Positions 20,043-28,281 of a DNA stretch of 28,281 bases are shown here, piece by piece (position 1 is the stretch's first letter; each line of letters begins with the position of its first letter). This DNA is from a virus. Taxonomy: Duplodnaviria > Caudoviricetes. The notes under the pieces were generated by a model, which did no database searches, had not been told where the DNA came from, and saw only the letters and a list, made by a program, of their open reading frames with translations. The position numbers and the translations under genes were made by a program. The DNA lies in IMG/VR virus record IMGVR_UViG_3300027759_000342, positions 1 through 28,281 of that record, one strand, 5' to 3'.

Positions 20043-22205
20043 ATGCTAGACAAACAGAACATAATCGTTGAGTACATCGAAGCACCTGCTGGCAACAAAG
20101 GAATTGTTTTTCAAGTAGCTCATGAAGTCTATTTGAAAATGGTTGATTATTTGCGATTAACGCAAGCAAAAAACACCTTTAACCGTCTTTCTGATTACCA
20201 CTACCTGAATATTGCTGTAAGCAACTCCACCGAGCCAATCCGTGGCATTGACTACATTCACCCTGTAGTAACTCCAGGTGTTGATTACGCTACGGCCATC
20301 ATTACAAAGTGCCTGATGCCTAACGGCAAGGTTAACTTTGAGTTTGAGCGTTTCAGTGAGGCTGATAGCGCACAAGCTAACCAAGCTACTGAGATGGTCA
20401 AGTACATGATCAACTCAAAGAATGATTCTTACGCTTGCATCCGTGATTGGGCACAAGACTCATTGCTTCACAAGAACGGTATTGTGATGGTGTCACCAGT
20501 GCGTGAACCCATTACCCAATACAAAGAGGTTGAGGGGACGAAGGACCAATTGCGTGTGTTTGAGACTATGGCTGCTGAAAAGGGCCTGACAGTCAAACGC
20601 CAGAACATGCGTAAGATTGACGTTGACCTTGAAGGTGTCATGCAGGAGATGATGAATCCTGATGACGACCAAGGAACAATCCAAGAAGAGGTCAATGAGG
20701 CTATTGCAGCCAATACGGTGTACCGTGCCAAGTACAAGATGACAGGTTTCTCAACATCTGTCCGTATCAAGCATGTTGCCCAGCATTATTTTGTCTGCAA
20801 CCCCACAATTCCCGGCATTCAGGACCAAGACTTTGTTGGGTTCTATGACCCAATGACAATCCATGAGTGCAAAGCTCAATTCCCTTATGTTGACATTGAA
20901 AAGCTTGCTGACCATGCTGCCTACGGTCCTGCTGGTGCTTATCAAGCAGGTGCATTGGAAAACGATCTTGCTTTGCATGCTCGTGATTCCACTCCTGTTC
21001 CAGGTCAAGGCGTAATTGCTTCTGCTGGCGCTGATCGCTACAGCCGAGTCATCATGTTGACAACAGCATGGATTCGCAAAGACGTAGACGGTGACGGTGA
21101 GGAAGAAATCGTTGAGGTTTGCTTCTCAGGCTCGTATGTTCTGTACGTCAAAGAGGTGGACTTCATTCCTTTGGCGGCAATGTGCCCCAAACCCATCACT
21201 GGTAACTTCTTTGGCTACTCTTTGGCAGAACGTCTTGTGCCAATGCAGGAATACGCTACCTCCATTGCTCGTGCTGAGATGGCTTTTGCCATGCAGTCGT
21301 CTACACCTCGTATTGGTGTAAACCCTGAGTTTATGGATGCCGAAGAGATCCAACGTGGTGTCTCTGCCATGTTCATCTTGGACCGTAAGTTTGATCCTGC
21401 CAAGCACATCTATGAGTTTGCGCCTATGCAGGGTAACTTGGCCTACGTTCAGTCGTCTATGCAGCGTTTTGAAGCTGACAAGATGGCAATGATTGGCATG
21501 ACAAGCCCTAACGATGTGCTGAACCCTGAAGTAATGAAGGATGGCAACTCTGGCTTTAAGCTGCAATTGGCTATGGGTCCAAACCAGCTTATCCAAGACG
21601 AGATGGTCAAGAACTGCGCTATTGGTCTGCGAGACATGATCTACATTGTCTGGAAAACACTGATTCAGTACTCTGACGACTACAACATTCAGCAGTTGGC
21701 AGGTGTTTGCGGTAAGGGCGCTCCATTCATGGATGCCATCTCAATGGAAAACTATGAATTCATTGACCGCAAGCTGATTAACATTGATTTGGCCTTGGGC
21801 TTTATGTCTGATGAGAACCGTTTGACCCGTCAACAGTTGATTGGTCAGGCTCAACAGCAGTTTACCCAGGCCATGATGGGTTTAGACCCAAGCGTTCCTG
21901 AGTTGTTTGGCAAACTGCGTAGGCCTTTTGAAGATACTCTGCGTGTATTGGGTGTCAAAGACGTTGATGCCTACTTGCCTACCTTGGAAGAAGCTGCAAA
22001 GATTATTAAAGCTCAATCCGAGAAGGGTCCAAGCGCAGAACAGCAGAAGATTCAATCTGAAACAGATTTGAACAAAGCCAAGATTGAAGACACAATGGCA
22101 AACACTGCGTTTACTCAGAAAAAGGCTGAGGACATTGATACAGACAACATGTTTGAGGCTTTGGCTGCTAAACGAGGAAAGCTGCATTCAGTACAAGTTG
22201 ATTAA
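20043..22205 (+). CDS. Portal protein
   Basis: 720 aa directly after TerL. DSLLHKNGIV, DVDGDGEEEIV, FFGYSLAE and a Gln-rich C-terminal barrel-like region. Confidence 0.9.
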   Translation: MLDKQNIIVEYIEAPAGNKGIVFQVAHEVYLKMVDYLRLTQAKNTFNRLSDYHYLNIAVSNSTEPIRGIDYIHPVVTPGVDYATAIITKCLMPNGKVNFEFERFSEADSAQANQATEMVKYMINSKNDSYACIRDWAQDSLLHKNGIVMVSPVREPITQYKEVEGTKDQLRVFETMAAEKGLTVKRQNMRKIDVDLEGVMQEMMNPDDDQGTIQEEVNEAIAANTVYRAKYKMTGFSTSVRIKHVAQHYFVCNPTIPGIQDQDFVGFYDPMTIHECKAQFPYVDIEKLADHAAYGPAGAYQAGALENDLALHARDSTPVPGQGVIASAGADRYSRVIMLTTAWIRKDVDGDGEEEIVEVCFSGSYVLYVKEVDFIPLAAMCPKPITGNFFGYSLAERLVPMQEYATSIARAEMAFAMQSSTPRIGVNPEFMDAEEIQRGVSAMFILDRKFDPAKHIYEFAPMQGNLAYVQSSMQRFEADKMAMIGMTSPNDVLNPEVMKDGNSGFKLQLAMGPNQLIQDEMVKNCAIGLRDMIYIVWKTLIQYSDDYNIQQLAGVCGKGAPFMDAISMENYEFIDRKLINIDLALGFMSDENRLTRQQLIGQAQQQFTQAMMGLDPSVPELFGKLRRPFEDTLRVLGVKDVDAYLPTLEEAAKIIKAQSEKGPSAEQQKIQSETDLNKAKIEDTMANTAFTQKKAEDIDTDNMFEALAAKRGKLHSVQVD

Positions 22206-22214
22206 AGGATTGCA

Positions 22215-22532
22215 ATGAAAAGCTTGGTATATAAAATACGTGAATATTTCAACAGACGGACAAAATCCGCAGACTCAAGTAAAGGAGCCGATGTACATCG
22301 AAAAACTTTAGCCATAGAAAACGGGGAGTGCGCTTCCCGCCTCATCAAGAATGAGGATTTTGCACTGTTGTTTAACCTTTACAGGTTTAACTTACTGGAA
22401 CGGTTGGAAGATTGTCGAACCGATCCAGAACGCATCGAAAATGCATTTAATGTTGCTGGAGTACGAGATTTCATCGGTTTCATTGAGAAAATCGAATATC
22501 TTGGAAAAGTGGCTCAGAAATCTAACACTTAA
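22215..22532 (+). CDS. Small head-region hypothetical protein
   Basis: Lies between portal and scaffold, AAGGA RBS. Confidence 0.75.
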   Translation: MKSLVYKIREYFNRRTKSADSSKGADVHRKTLAIENGECASRLIKNEDFALLFNLYRFNLLERLEDCRTDPERIENAFNVAGVRDFIGFIEKIEYLGKVAQKSNT

Positions 22533-22548
22533 CCAAAGAGAGTAAACT

Positions 22549-23658
22549 ATGTCAGACGTAATCACGCAAGTGACCGCCCCTGAGCAAACTGGTGTCGTGA
22601 ATCCCGCCGATGCTATCGCTGCAATGATTGCCGCTAACAAGCGTAACAGTCCGCAACCCGATGGCAGTTCACCTCCACCAGCAGGACAAGAGGCTAAACC
22701 CTCCCCTGAGGCGGCTCCTGTTGAAGGAACCGAACCTGAAGATGGCAGTTCAATTGAGTCGGATGCCGCAGAGTCAGAAGTTGAAGCCGAGTCCTCCGAT
22801 GGAGTAAACGAAGCAGTCGATTTCCTTGAGTTTGCGAAAGAGAATCCTACTGTGATGTTGAAGATTCCTAACAAGGACGCAGAAGGCGGCTTTGTAGAGT
22901 TAACAGCAGAACGGGCAGCTTCTATTCTGGGTCAAGGTAGTGCTATCCATGAAAATGCTCGTAAGCTTAAAGCTGAAAAAGCAGATTTTGAAGAGTATGA
23001 ATCGAAGCGCAAGAGTGAACTTGATGGTTTGCAGATAGGCTTGGAGTTAACAATCGTCCCTCAGTTGAAAACTGCTGCTGATGAACTGATTACGATCCAA
23101 GAATATAACCAGCAATGGCAGCAAATCTATCAAAGCACGACTGATCCTGCTCAAAAGAGCCAAGCTGAAGCAGCAATGCGACAGAACGCTCAATTGATCC
23201 AAGAAAAGTCTGAGTTCATTAAGGCGAATCGGCCTAAAGTCGAACAGTTTTATCAGCATCGTTCTGCAATGGTCCAAGAGAGCTTGGAAAAAGCCAGGCA
23301 GTCGTTTACTGATAAAGAGTTGGGCAATAAGGCTATCTTTTCTGAGATTCGTGAGAAGCTTGGGAAGGATTGGAAAGGTGCAAACAGTTCGTTTGTTCCT
23401 GGTGTACCAAACATTGATTTGGTATCCAGTGATGAATATCTGTTGGGTCTGATTCGGGATGGTATGAAGTTCCGAGAAGGACCAAAGGTCAAAAATGCTG
23501 GTGGATCTCTAGCTGCTGCTAGTCGTCCTGTAGCAAAGGCCAAAACTGCTCCAGATAACGAGATGGAAAAACTTCAAAAGCAAGCTAAGTCCGGCGATAA
23601 GAATGCGGCTCGTGACCTTTTAGCAACCATGCTTGCAGCAAACAAACGCAAGCGATAA
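22549..23658 (+). CDS. Capsid scaffolding protein
   Basis: Acidic disordered N-terminus, coiled coil, C-terminal …KSGDKNAARDLL helix. Directly upstream of the capsid gene. Confidence 0.85.
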   Translation: MSDVITQVTAPEQTGVVNPADAIAAMIAANKRNSPQPDGSSPPPAGQEAKPSPEAAPVEGTEPEDGSSIESDAAESEVEAESSDGVNEAVDFLEFAKENPTVMLKIPNKDAEGGFVELTAERAASILGQGSAIHENARKLKAEKADFEEYESKRKSELDGLQIGLELTIVPQLKTAADELITIQEYNQQWQQIYQSTTDPAQKSQAEAAMRQNAQLIQEKSEFIKANRPKVEQFYQHRSAMVQESLEKARQSFTDKELGNKAIFSEIREKLGKDWKGANSSFVPGVPNIDLVSSDEYLLGLIRDGMKFREGPKVKNAGGSLAAASRPVAKAKTAPDNEMEKLQKQAKSGDKNAARDLLATMLAANKRKR

Positions 23659-23671
23659 ACAGGAGTTTTAA

Positions 23672-24829
23672 ATGGCTACCATCACCTCTGCAAACCTTGG
23701 TAACGGCAACGGCTCGTATACTACCGACATCGTGGTCAAAGACCTCGACATGACAGTCTCTAACTATGTTAAAGACCGTACCCCCCTGACCAACATGGCT
23801 ATGTCCAAGAAGCGCAAAGTCAATTCGACTCTGCACATCTGGCCTGTGGATTACTACCGTACTCCCGCCCTAAACGCCAAGTTGGAAGGCGCTGCTGTCC
23901 AAGCTTCCCAAGCTGAAAACAACACCCGTGCCAACTGCGGTAACTACACACAGATCTTTACGACTGTGATTGGTGCTACAGGTACTGCCCGTGCTGTTGA
24001 ACAAGCTGGTGGCGATCCACAAGCCTACCAAGAAGTCAAGCAATTGACTGAGATCATGTTTGACGTTGAACTTCAGATGGTTCGTGCCGATGGCGCTTCT
24101 ATCAAGTACAGCGGCCAAGCTGCTACTCAAGGTGCATCGCCTAACAACGGTCGCCGTTTTGGCTCCTTGTACTCTTTCGCTGGTACACGTTCCGGCAACG
24201 AGACAGATGGCACTTCCGTCCTGAACTTGGCTACCAGCGATGGTAACGATGTGACTTCTGCCACTGCTACTAACCAGCCTTTCAACGGCTTGTTGAGCAA
24301 CGCTGGCTTGGGTTACTTTACCTTCAACACTGGTGTTACCCTGCAACAGTTCAGCCCCTTCCTGTACAAGCAATTGGTTACCACTGCTGAACAGCGTTTC
24401 AATGCCAAGATTACGAACATGGTTGTCCCCACTTCCATGCGTACACACATCTCGGACATGATGCCTACCAGCCGTTCGATCAACCGTTTTAACCCTGCTG
24501 ACAAGGGCGACACGATTGGTACTTACGAAGGTGACTTCAACTACACCTACCAAATCGATGACTCTTGGGTTATGGACCAAACAGGCGCAGACAACACTTC
24601 TGCCCTGTTCCTGAACCCTGACGTTATCCAGTGGGGTAGCTTGCGTGAACTCGGTCCAAACAACGAAGTGTTCAGTTCTGCTGACGCTTCTTTGGATCAG
24701 TACATCATGGAAGGTACACTGATTGTTCGTAACCCAGCAGGTGTTGCTGTGTTGGCTAACATCAGCCCAACTGGTGCTGCTGTGACTGCTCCACGTCCTG
24801 CTGGTCAAGTCCAGCGTTACCTGGCTTAA
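23672..24829 (+). CDS. Major capsid protein (DUF5309/SU10-like, HK97 fold)
   Basis: TPL…H.W..D…EG…NYTQIF…EGTL.VRNP pattern, strong AGGAG RBS and biased codon usage. Confidence 0.9.
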   Translation: MATITSANLGNGNGSYTTDIVVKDLDMTVSNYVKDRTPLTNMAMSKKRKVNSTLHIWPVDYYRTPALNAKLEGAAVQASQAENNTRANCGNYTQIFTTVIGATGTARAVEQAGGDPQAYQEVKQLTEIMFDVELQMVRADGASIKYSGQAATQGASPNNGRRFGSLYSFAGTRSGNETDGTSVLNLATSDGNDVTSATATNQPFNGLLSNAGLGYFTFNTGVTLQQFSPFLYKQLVTTAEQRFNAKITNMVVPTSMRTHISDMMPTSRSINRFNPADKGDTIGTYEGDFNYTYQIDDSWVMDQTGADNTSALFLNPDVIQWGSLRELGPNNEVFSSADASLDQYIMEGTLIVRNPAGVAVLANISPTGAAVTAPRPAGQVQRYLA

Positions 24830-24846
24830 GCTTTAAAGCTTTTCTG

Positions 24847-24871
24847 AAGGGGCTCCGAAAGGGGCTCCTTT
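24847..24871 (+). terminator. GAAA-tetraloop hairpin after the capsid gene (weak terminator or mRNA-stabilising stem)
   Basis: AAGGGGCTCC-GAAA-GGGGCTCCTT with only a short T-run. Preceded by the palindrome AAGCTTTAAAGCTT (24828-24841). Confidence 0.65.
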
Positions 24872-24891
24872 GGTAAAGCATGGAGAAAGCA

Positions 24892-25389
24892 ATGACTGAA
24901 GACGATGACATCAAAGTTAACGAAGAATATTATTCAAAGGGTATTCTTGAAGCCGGAGTAGATGGCGTATTCCGTCATAACGACAAACTTTTTAATGAGG
25001 TCAAGTCTGGTACTTGGTCACAAACATTTAAAACAGACAATATCGACTATAAAGTTGGTGCTGTTAATGGAAACAGGTATGTTCAATACGAACAAAAAAA
25101 CGTAGAGAACGTAAAAGAGTTTTGTAAGCAGCAACGTGAGTTTTACAAGATCCACGGTACTGACAACCCTTTCTTTGCTGGTACTGCTCACATGATGCAG
25201 CTACCCAAATGCTTTGCCCATGAGATCAGTTCTAGGTGGTTTAACAACCGTCCTTGGGAATTGATCAAGCAAGAAAAGAAGGACAAGATTCTGTTCTACG
25301 CAATCGTCAATGAGTACTACTCAGATTTCGTTTGTCACCCTAGCGGAAAAATCCCTATTCCGTATAATCCCGCAATACCGACTAAGTAA
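24892..25389 (+). CDS. Hypothetical protein after the capsid gene
   Basis: GGAG RBS before ATG 24892, 165 aa. Confidence 0.75.
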   Translation: MTEDDDIKVNEEYYSKGILEAGVDGVFRHNDKLFNEVKSGTWSQTFKTDNIDYKVGAVNGNRYVQYEQKNVENVKEFCKQQREFYKIHGTDNPFFAGTAHMMQLPKCFAHEISSRWFNNRPWELIKQEKKDKILFYAIVNEYYSDFVCHPSGKIPIPYNPAIPTK

Positions 25390-25398
25390 GGATGAACT

Positions 25399-26382
25399 AT
25401 GGCTCTCTTCATTCAATCAGCTAACACGCTTGTTAGTCGAATTGCAAATTGGGTGGGAGCTATACCTTCAAGTGTTGGCATCAACGCTACGGCTTACAAC
25501 ACCACAACCAAGGTCATTACCTGCTCTGCAAACCCAACGTCTGTAGTTTCTGTTGGTGACTTTATTGGTTTCAGCGTAATGGGTCCTTACGCATTGGCTG
25601 TATCTGTTACCAGCACAACAATTACAGTTAACGACCCTGAAGGCATTTGGGATGACGCAGTAGTTCCCACAGCAATCATTAAAGTTCCTACACAATCGAC
25701 TATTGAGATTACACAGTCTATTCAAATGGCTGAACTCAAGATGAGGACGATTGAGTTGCCAGCTTTGCGTAGCAATCCCTACGATGATGTTGAACCAGCC
25801 CATCTGATTACAGATGCCAAAGGCATGGCCCCCATTCCTGCTGACATGTGCTTTCCGATTCTGTTCTTCCAAGAGAGTCAGCCAAGCAACCAAGAGTATG
25901 AAGGCACAAACCTTGGCCCTTGGATTGTGTATGACCGAGTTGGGGACCGAGAGATCATTCGCCGCAGAATGATTGACCAGTTGTACATCCGTCCATTTGG
26001 TGTACCACGGGTTATTCGTGCTTCTTTCTCTGAAGTCGGACCAAACTATGTGTTTACGCCCAATCCTGGTGAGAACGTCATTATCAAGGCGTATTACCAG
26101 CGAGTATTTCCGTTCTTGTTTAGCTCAACTGCTGACGTTGAGTACCCTGTTGTCCAAAGCAACGCAATTCTGGCCTCATTCCCTGAAGGATACTTCTACG
26201 GGACATTGTGGGCTTACTACGACAAGAACAAAAACACAGAAGAAGCCCAGAAATGGCTTTCTCGTTTTGACGACTCATATGGTCTGATTGAAGACCAGAA
26301 CTACAAGGGCAAATGGCGTGGTGGTGATCAGCATTTGACATCTGAATTCCAGCCACGCACGTATCGTTACAGCTTCAAGTGA
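25399..26382 (+). CDS. Putative head-tail adaptor / tail tubular protein with an inserted beta-rich domain
   Basis: LVSRIANW…IQMAELKM…F.PNP…YY…SN.ILASFPE.YFYG.L adaptor-like pattern, plus position. Confidence 0.7.
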   Translation: MALFIQSANTLVSRIANWVGAIPSSVGINATAYNTTTKVITCSANPTSVVSVGDFIGFSVMGPYALAVSVTSTTITVNDPEGIWDDAVVPTAIIKVPTQSTIEITQSIQMAELKMRTIELPALRSNPYDDVEPAHLITDAKGMAPIPADMCFPILFFQESQPSNQEYEGTNLGPWIVYDRVGDREIIRRRMIDQLYIRPFGVPRVIRASFSEVGPNYVFTPNPGENVIIKAYYQRVFPFLFSSTADVEYPVVQSNAILASFPEGYFYGTLWAYYDKNKNTEEAQKWLSRFDDSYGLIEDQNYKGKWRGGDQHLTSEFQPRTYRYSFK

Positions 26383-26390
26383 GATAACAC

Positions 26391-28127
26391 ATGCCATATC
26401 AAGCACAACCCAGCACTGAAACAACAAGCCTGTACGGTACGACTGTAAAGTTTGGCGTTACAGGTCCTACTGGACCAACGGGTCCCACAGGTCCTACAGG
26501 CGCTCCATCTACTGTTGTTGGTCCAACTGGTCCTACAGGTAGCACTGGTCCATCAGGCCCAACAGGTTCCGCATCAACAGTTGCAGGTCCAACAGGTCCT
26601 ACGGGATCTATTGGTGCTACTGGCCCCACTGGCTCTCCGTCTACCGTAGCTGGTCCTACTGGCCCAACAGGAAGTACGGGTTTAACTGGTGCTACTGGCC
26701 CTACAGGTTCGACAGGTGCAGCATCGACTGTAGCTGGTCCTACAGGACCTACAGGCGCACAAGGCAATACAGGTCCTACAGGCCCTACAGGAGCGCAATC
26801 TACAGTAGCAGGACCTACTGGTGCAACAGGTCCTACGGGTATGCAAGGACCTACAGGCCCAGGTGGTGTGTTGGGAAATTGGGGTTCTTTTTATTCAACC
26901 CAAGACCAAGTAGCAGCCAGCACAACAGTTGCTTATCCCTTAACACTGAACAACACTGACCCTGACTCTAGTGGTGTAAGCATTGTTTCCAACAGCAGAA
27001 TTACTTTTGCAAATGCTGGTGTTTACAACATTGAGTTTTCTGCTCAAGTAGACAGGGTTTCAGGCTCAGGTACTGATACTGTTGATATCTGGTTTAGAAA
27101 AAATGGAACAGACATTCCTGAAAGCAATACAGTTGTAACTGTGTCTGGTGGTGCTTCTGCTGCAAAAACTGTTGCAGCATGGAACTACATGCTTGATTTG
27201 TCTGCCAGTGACTATGTGGAATTGGTTTGGAGAACTTCAAATACCAATCTTGAGTTTACTCATGAGCCAGCCGGAACAAGCCCGACCCGACCAGCAGTTC
27301 CAAGTATTATTGTTACTGCTCATCAGGTGATGTATCAACAGATTGGCCCAACAGGATCTACTGGTCCTACAGGCCCTCAAGGCATTACAGGTCCTACTGG
27401 TCCACAGGGTATTCAAGGTGCTACTGGCCCAACAGGCTCTCAGGGAATTCAGGGTGTTACAGGGCCTACTGGACCACAAGGAATTCAGGGTCCAACAGGA
27501 CCAACAGGCAGTCAAGGTGATCTCGGCCCAACAGGTCCAACGGGTGCAGCGTCTACCGTAGCAGGTCCAACTGGTCCAACTGGCAACACTGGCACAACAG
27601 GAGCTGTCGGTCCAACAGGCCCACAAGGCGCTACAGGCCCAACAGGGCCATCTGTTGGTGACTTGACAACAGACAACACTTGGACGGGTACGCAGACCTT
27701 CTCAGGTACAACTGCCAAACTATCTGTTGTTCTGAACGATGCCGCTGAAGTCACAACCATTACCGCAACAGCAGCTACAGGCACGATCAACTACGACATC
27801 ACAACTCAGTCTGTGCTGTACTACACCTCCAACGCATCAGCGAACTGGACGGTGAACTTCAGGGCTTCTAGCGGCACATCGCTGAACACCGCATTGTCCA
27901 CAGGTCAGTCGGTGACGGTTGCCTTCTTGGTTACTCAAGGCGCTACAGCGTTCTTCAACAACGCAGTGCAAGTGGACGGTACAACCTCTGGCGTGACTAC
28001 ACGCTGGTTGGGTGGTGCGCCTACAGCGGGTAACGCAAGCGGCATCGACAGCTACCGCTACCTCATCATCAAGACAGGCAGTGCCACATACACAGTGCTG
28101 GCTTCTGTCACACAGTTCAAGGCCTAA
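26391..28127 (+). CDS. Collagen-like tail fibre / virion appendage protein
   Basis: Two (Gly-Pro-Thr)-rich G-X-Y blocks flank a beta-sandwich-like domain (GSFYST…[10 protein letters not shown]…DYVELVW). A separate C-terminal domain follows. Confidence 0.85.
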   Translation: MPYQAQPSTETTSLYGTTVKFGVTGPTGPTGPTGPTGAPSTVVGPTGPTGSTGPSGPTGSASTVAGPTGPTGSIGATGPTGSPSTVAGPTGPTGSTGLTGATGPTGSTGAASTVAGPTGPTGAQGNTGPTGPTGAQSTVAGPTGATGPTGMQGPTGPGGVLGNWGSFYSTQDQVAASTTVAYPLTLNNTDPDSSGVSIVSNSRITFANAGVYNIEFSAQVDRVSGSGTDTVDIWFRKNGTDIPESNTVVTVSGGASAAKTVAAWNYMLDLSASDYVELVWRTSNTNLEFTHEPAGTSPTRPAVPSIIVTAHQVMYQQIGPTGSTGPTGPQGITGPTGPQGIQGATGPTGSQGIQGVTGPTGPQGIQGPTGPTGSQGDLGPTGPTGAASTVAGPTGPTGNTGTTGAVGPTGPQGATGPTGPSVGDLTTDNTWTGTQTFSGTTAKLSVVLNDAAEVTTITATAATGTINYDITTQSVLYYTSNASANWTVNFRASSGTSLNTALSTGQSVTVAFLVTQGATAFFNNAVQVDGTTSGVTTRWLGGAPTAGNASGIDSYRYLIIKTGSATYTVLASVTQFKA

Positions 28128-28130
28128 GCC

Positions 28131-28281
28131 ATGCCATTACAAGCAACATCGGGTGCAGCAAGCTATGACGCTTTTGGTGGAGGCGTGCCTGTTGCAGCCA
28201 ACTACATCGAAGACGTATTCAGCACTTGGCTGTACACCGGTAACGGCACAACGCAGACCATCACCAACGGCATCGACCTAG
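28131..28281 (+). CDS. 5' part of a tail/virion protein (MPLQATSGAAS…YIEDVFSTWLYTGNG…), truncated by the window edge
   Basis: ATG 3 nt after the fibre stop and open to the end. The F.T.LYTGNG…ITNGIDL motif is typical of aquatic phage tail proteins. Confidence 0.8.
   Translation, partial: MPLQATSGAASYDAFGGGVPVAANYIEDVFSTWLYTGNGTTQTITNGIDL

Noticed and set aside
23870-24808. 312-aa minus-strand ORF, and similar antisense ORFs over TerL, portal, scaffold, 17497-18327 and the collagen gene
   Set aside because: These are shadows of strongly codon-biased plus-strand genes, with no RBS and no protein-like motifs.
26454-27650. Dense short repeats as a CRISPR array or DGR template/variable repeat
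   Set aside because: They are in-frame Gly-X-Y codon repeats with third-position variation. There are no constant repeat-spacer units, no adenine-specific mismatches and no reverse transcriptase.
1-28281. Stop-codon reassignment, or integrase/repressor lysogeny module
   Set aside because: All large genes are intact under code 11 and TAA, TAG and TGA are all used as stops. No tyrosine/serine recombinase or CI-like HTH-peptidase is recognisable in this window, though one may lie outside it.

Overview
This window is a large part of a tailed dsDNA phage genome with podovirus-like architecture (P22-type terminase, portal, scaffold, capsid). The gene families suggest a freshwater Betaproteobacteria host, but that is inference. 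Order: lysis cassette (1-1621, +); leftward recombination/nucleotide operon (1612-4207, -: DUF3310, MazG-like, SSB-like, ERF); divergent promoter (~4230-4316); rightward replication and 'nin-like' operon (4317-13195: HTH initiator with iterons, PAPS-reductase-like, DnaB-like helicase, RusA, HNH-AP2, Mom-like, Ref-like, ferritin-like); a motif-rich ~2 kb block with a small leftward early operon that may be the genome terminus or terminal repeat (13200-15430); then packaging, head and tail genes (15452-28281). I found no integrase, repressor, tRNA or CRISPR array. The most interesting signals are non-coding or below the ORF-track cutoff: (i) a two-hairpin RNA whose 7-nt loops are perfectly complementary, the second hairpin being a terminator upstream of the replication genes; (ii) a C4/CI-like antisense RNA with its own promoter and target sites over the RBS of an HNH gene; (iii) a secreted six-cysteine micropeptide followed by a loop-E-containing structured RNA; (iv) a palindromic TAGGG-N4-CCCTA site lying at about -42.5/-43.5 from four -10 elements, with no obvious cognate regulator in the window; (v) three candidate modification enzymes (Mom-like, PAPS-reductase-like, GNAT-like). 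All family assignments come from motif recognition by eye, and no searches were run. Several starts were moved from the ORF track to the ATG with an RBS or stop/start overlap.
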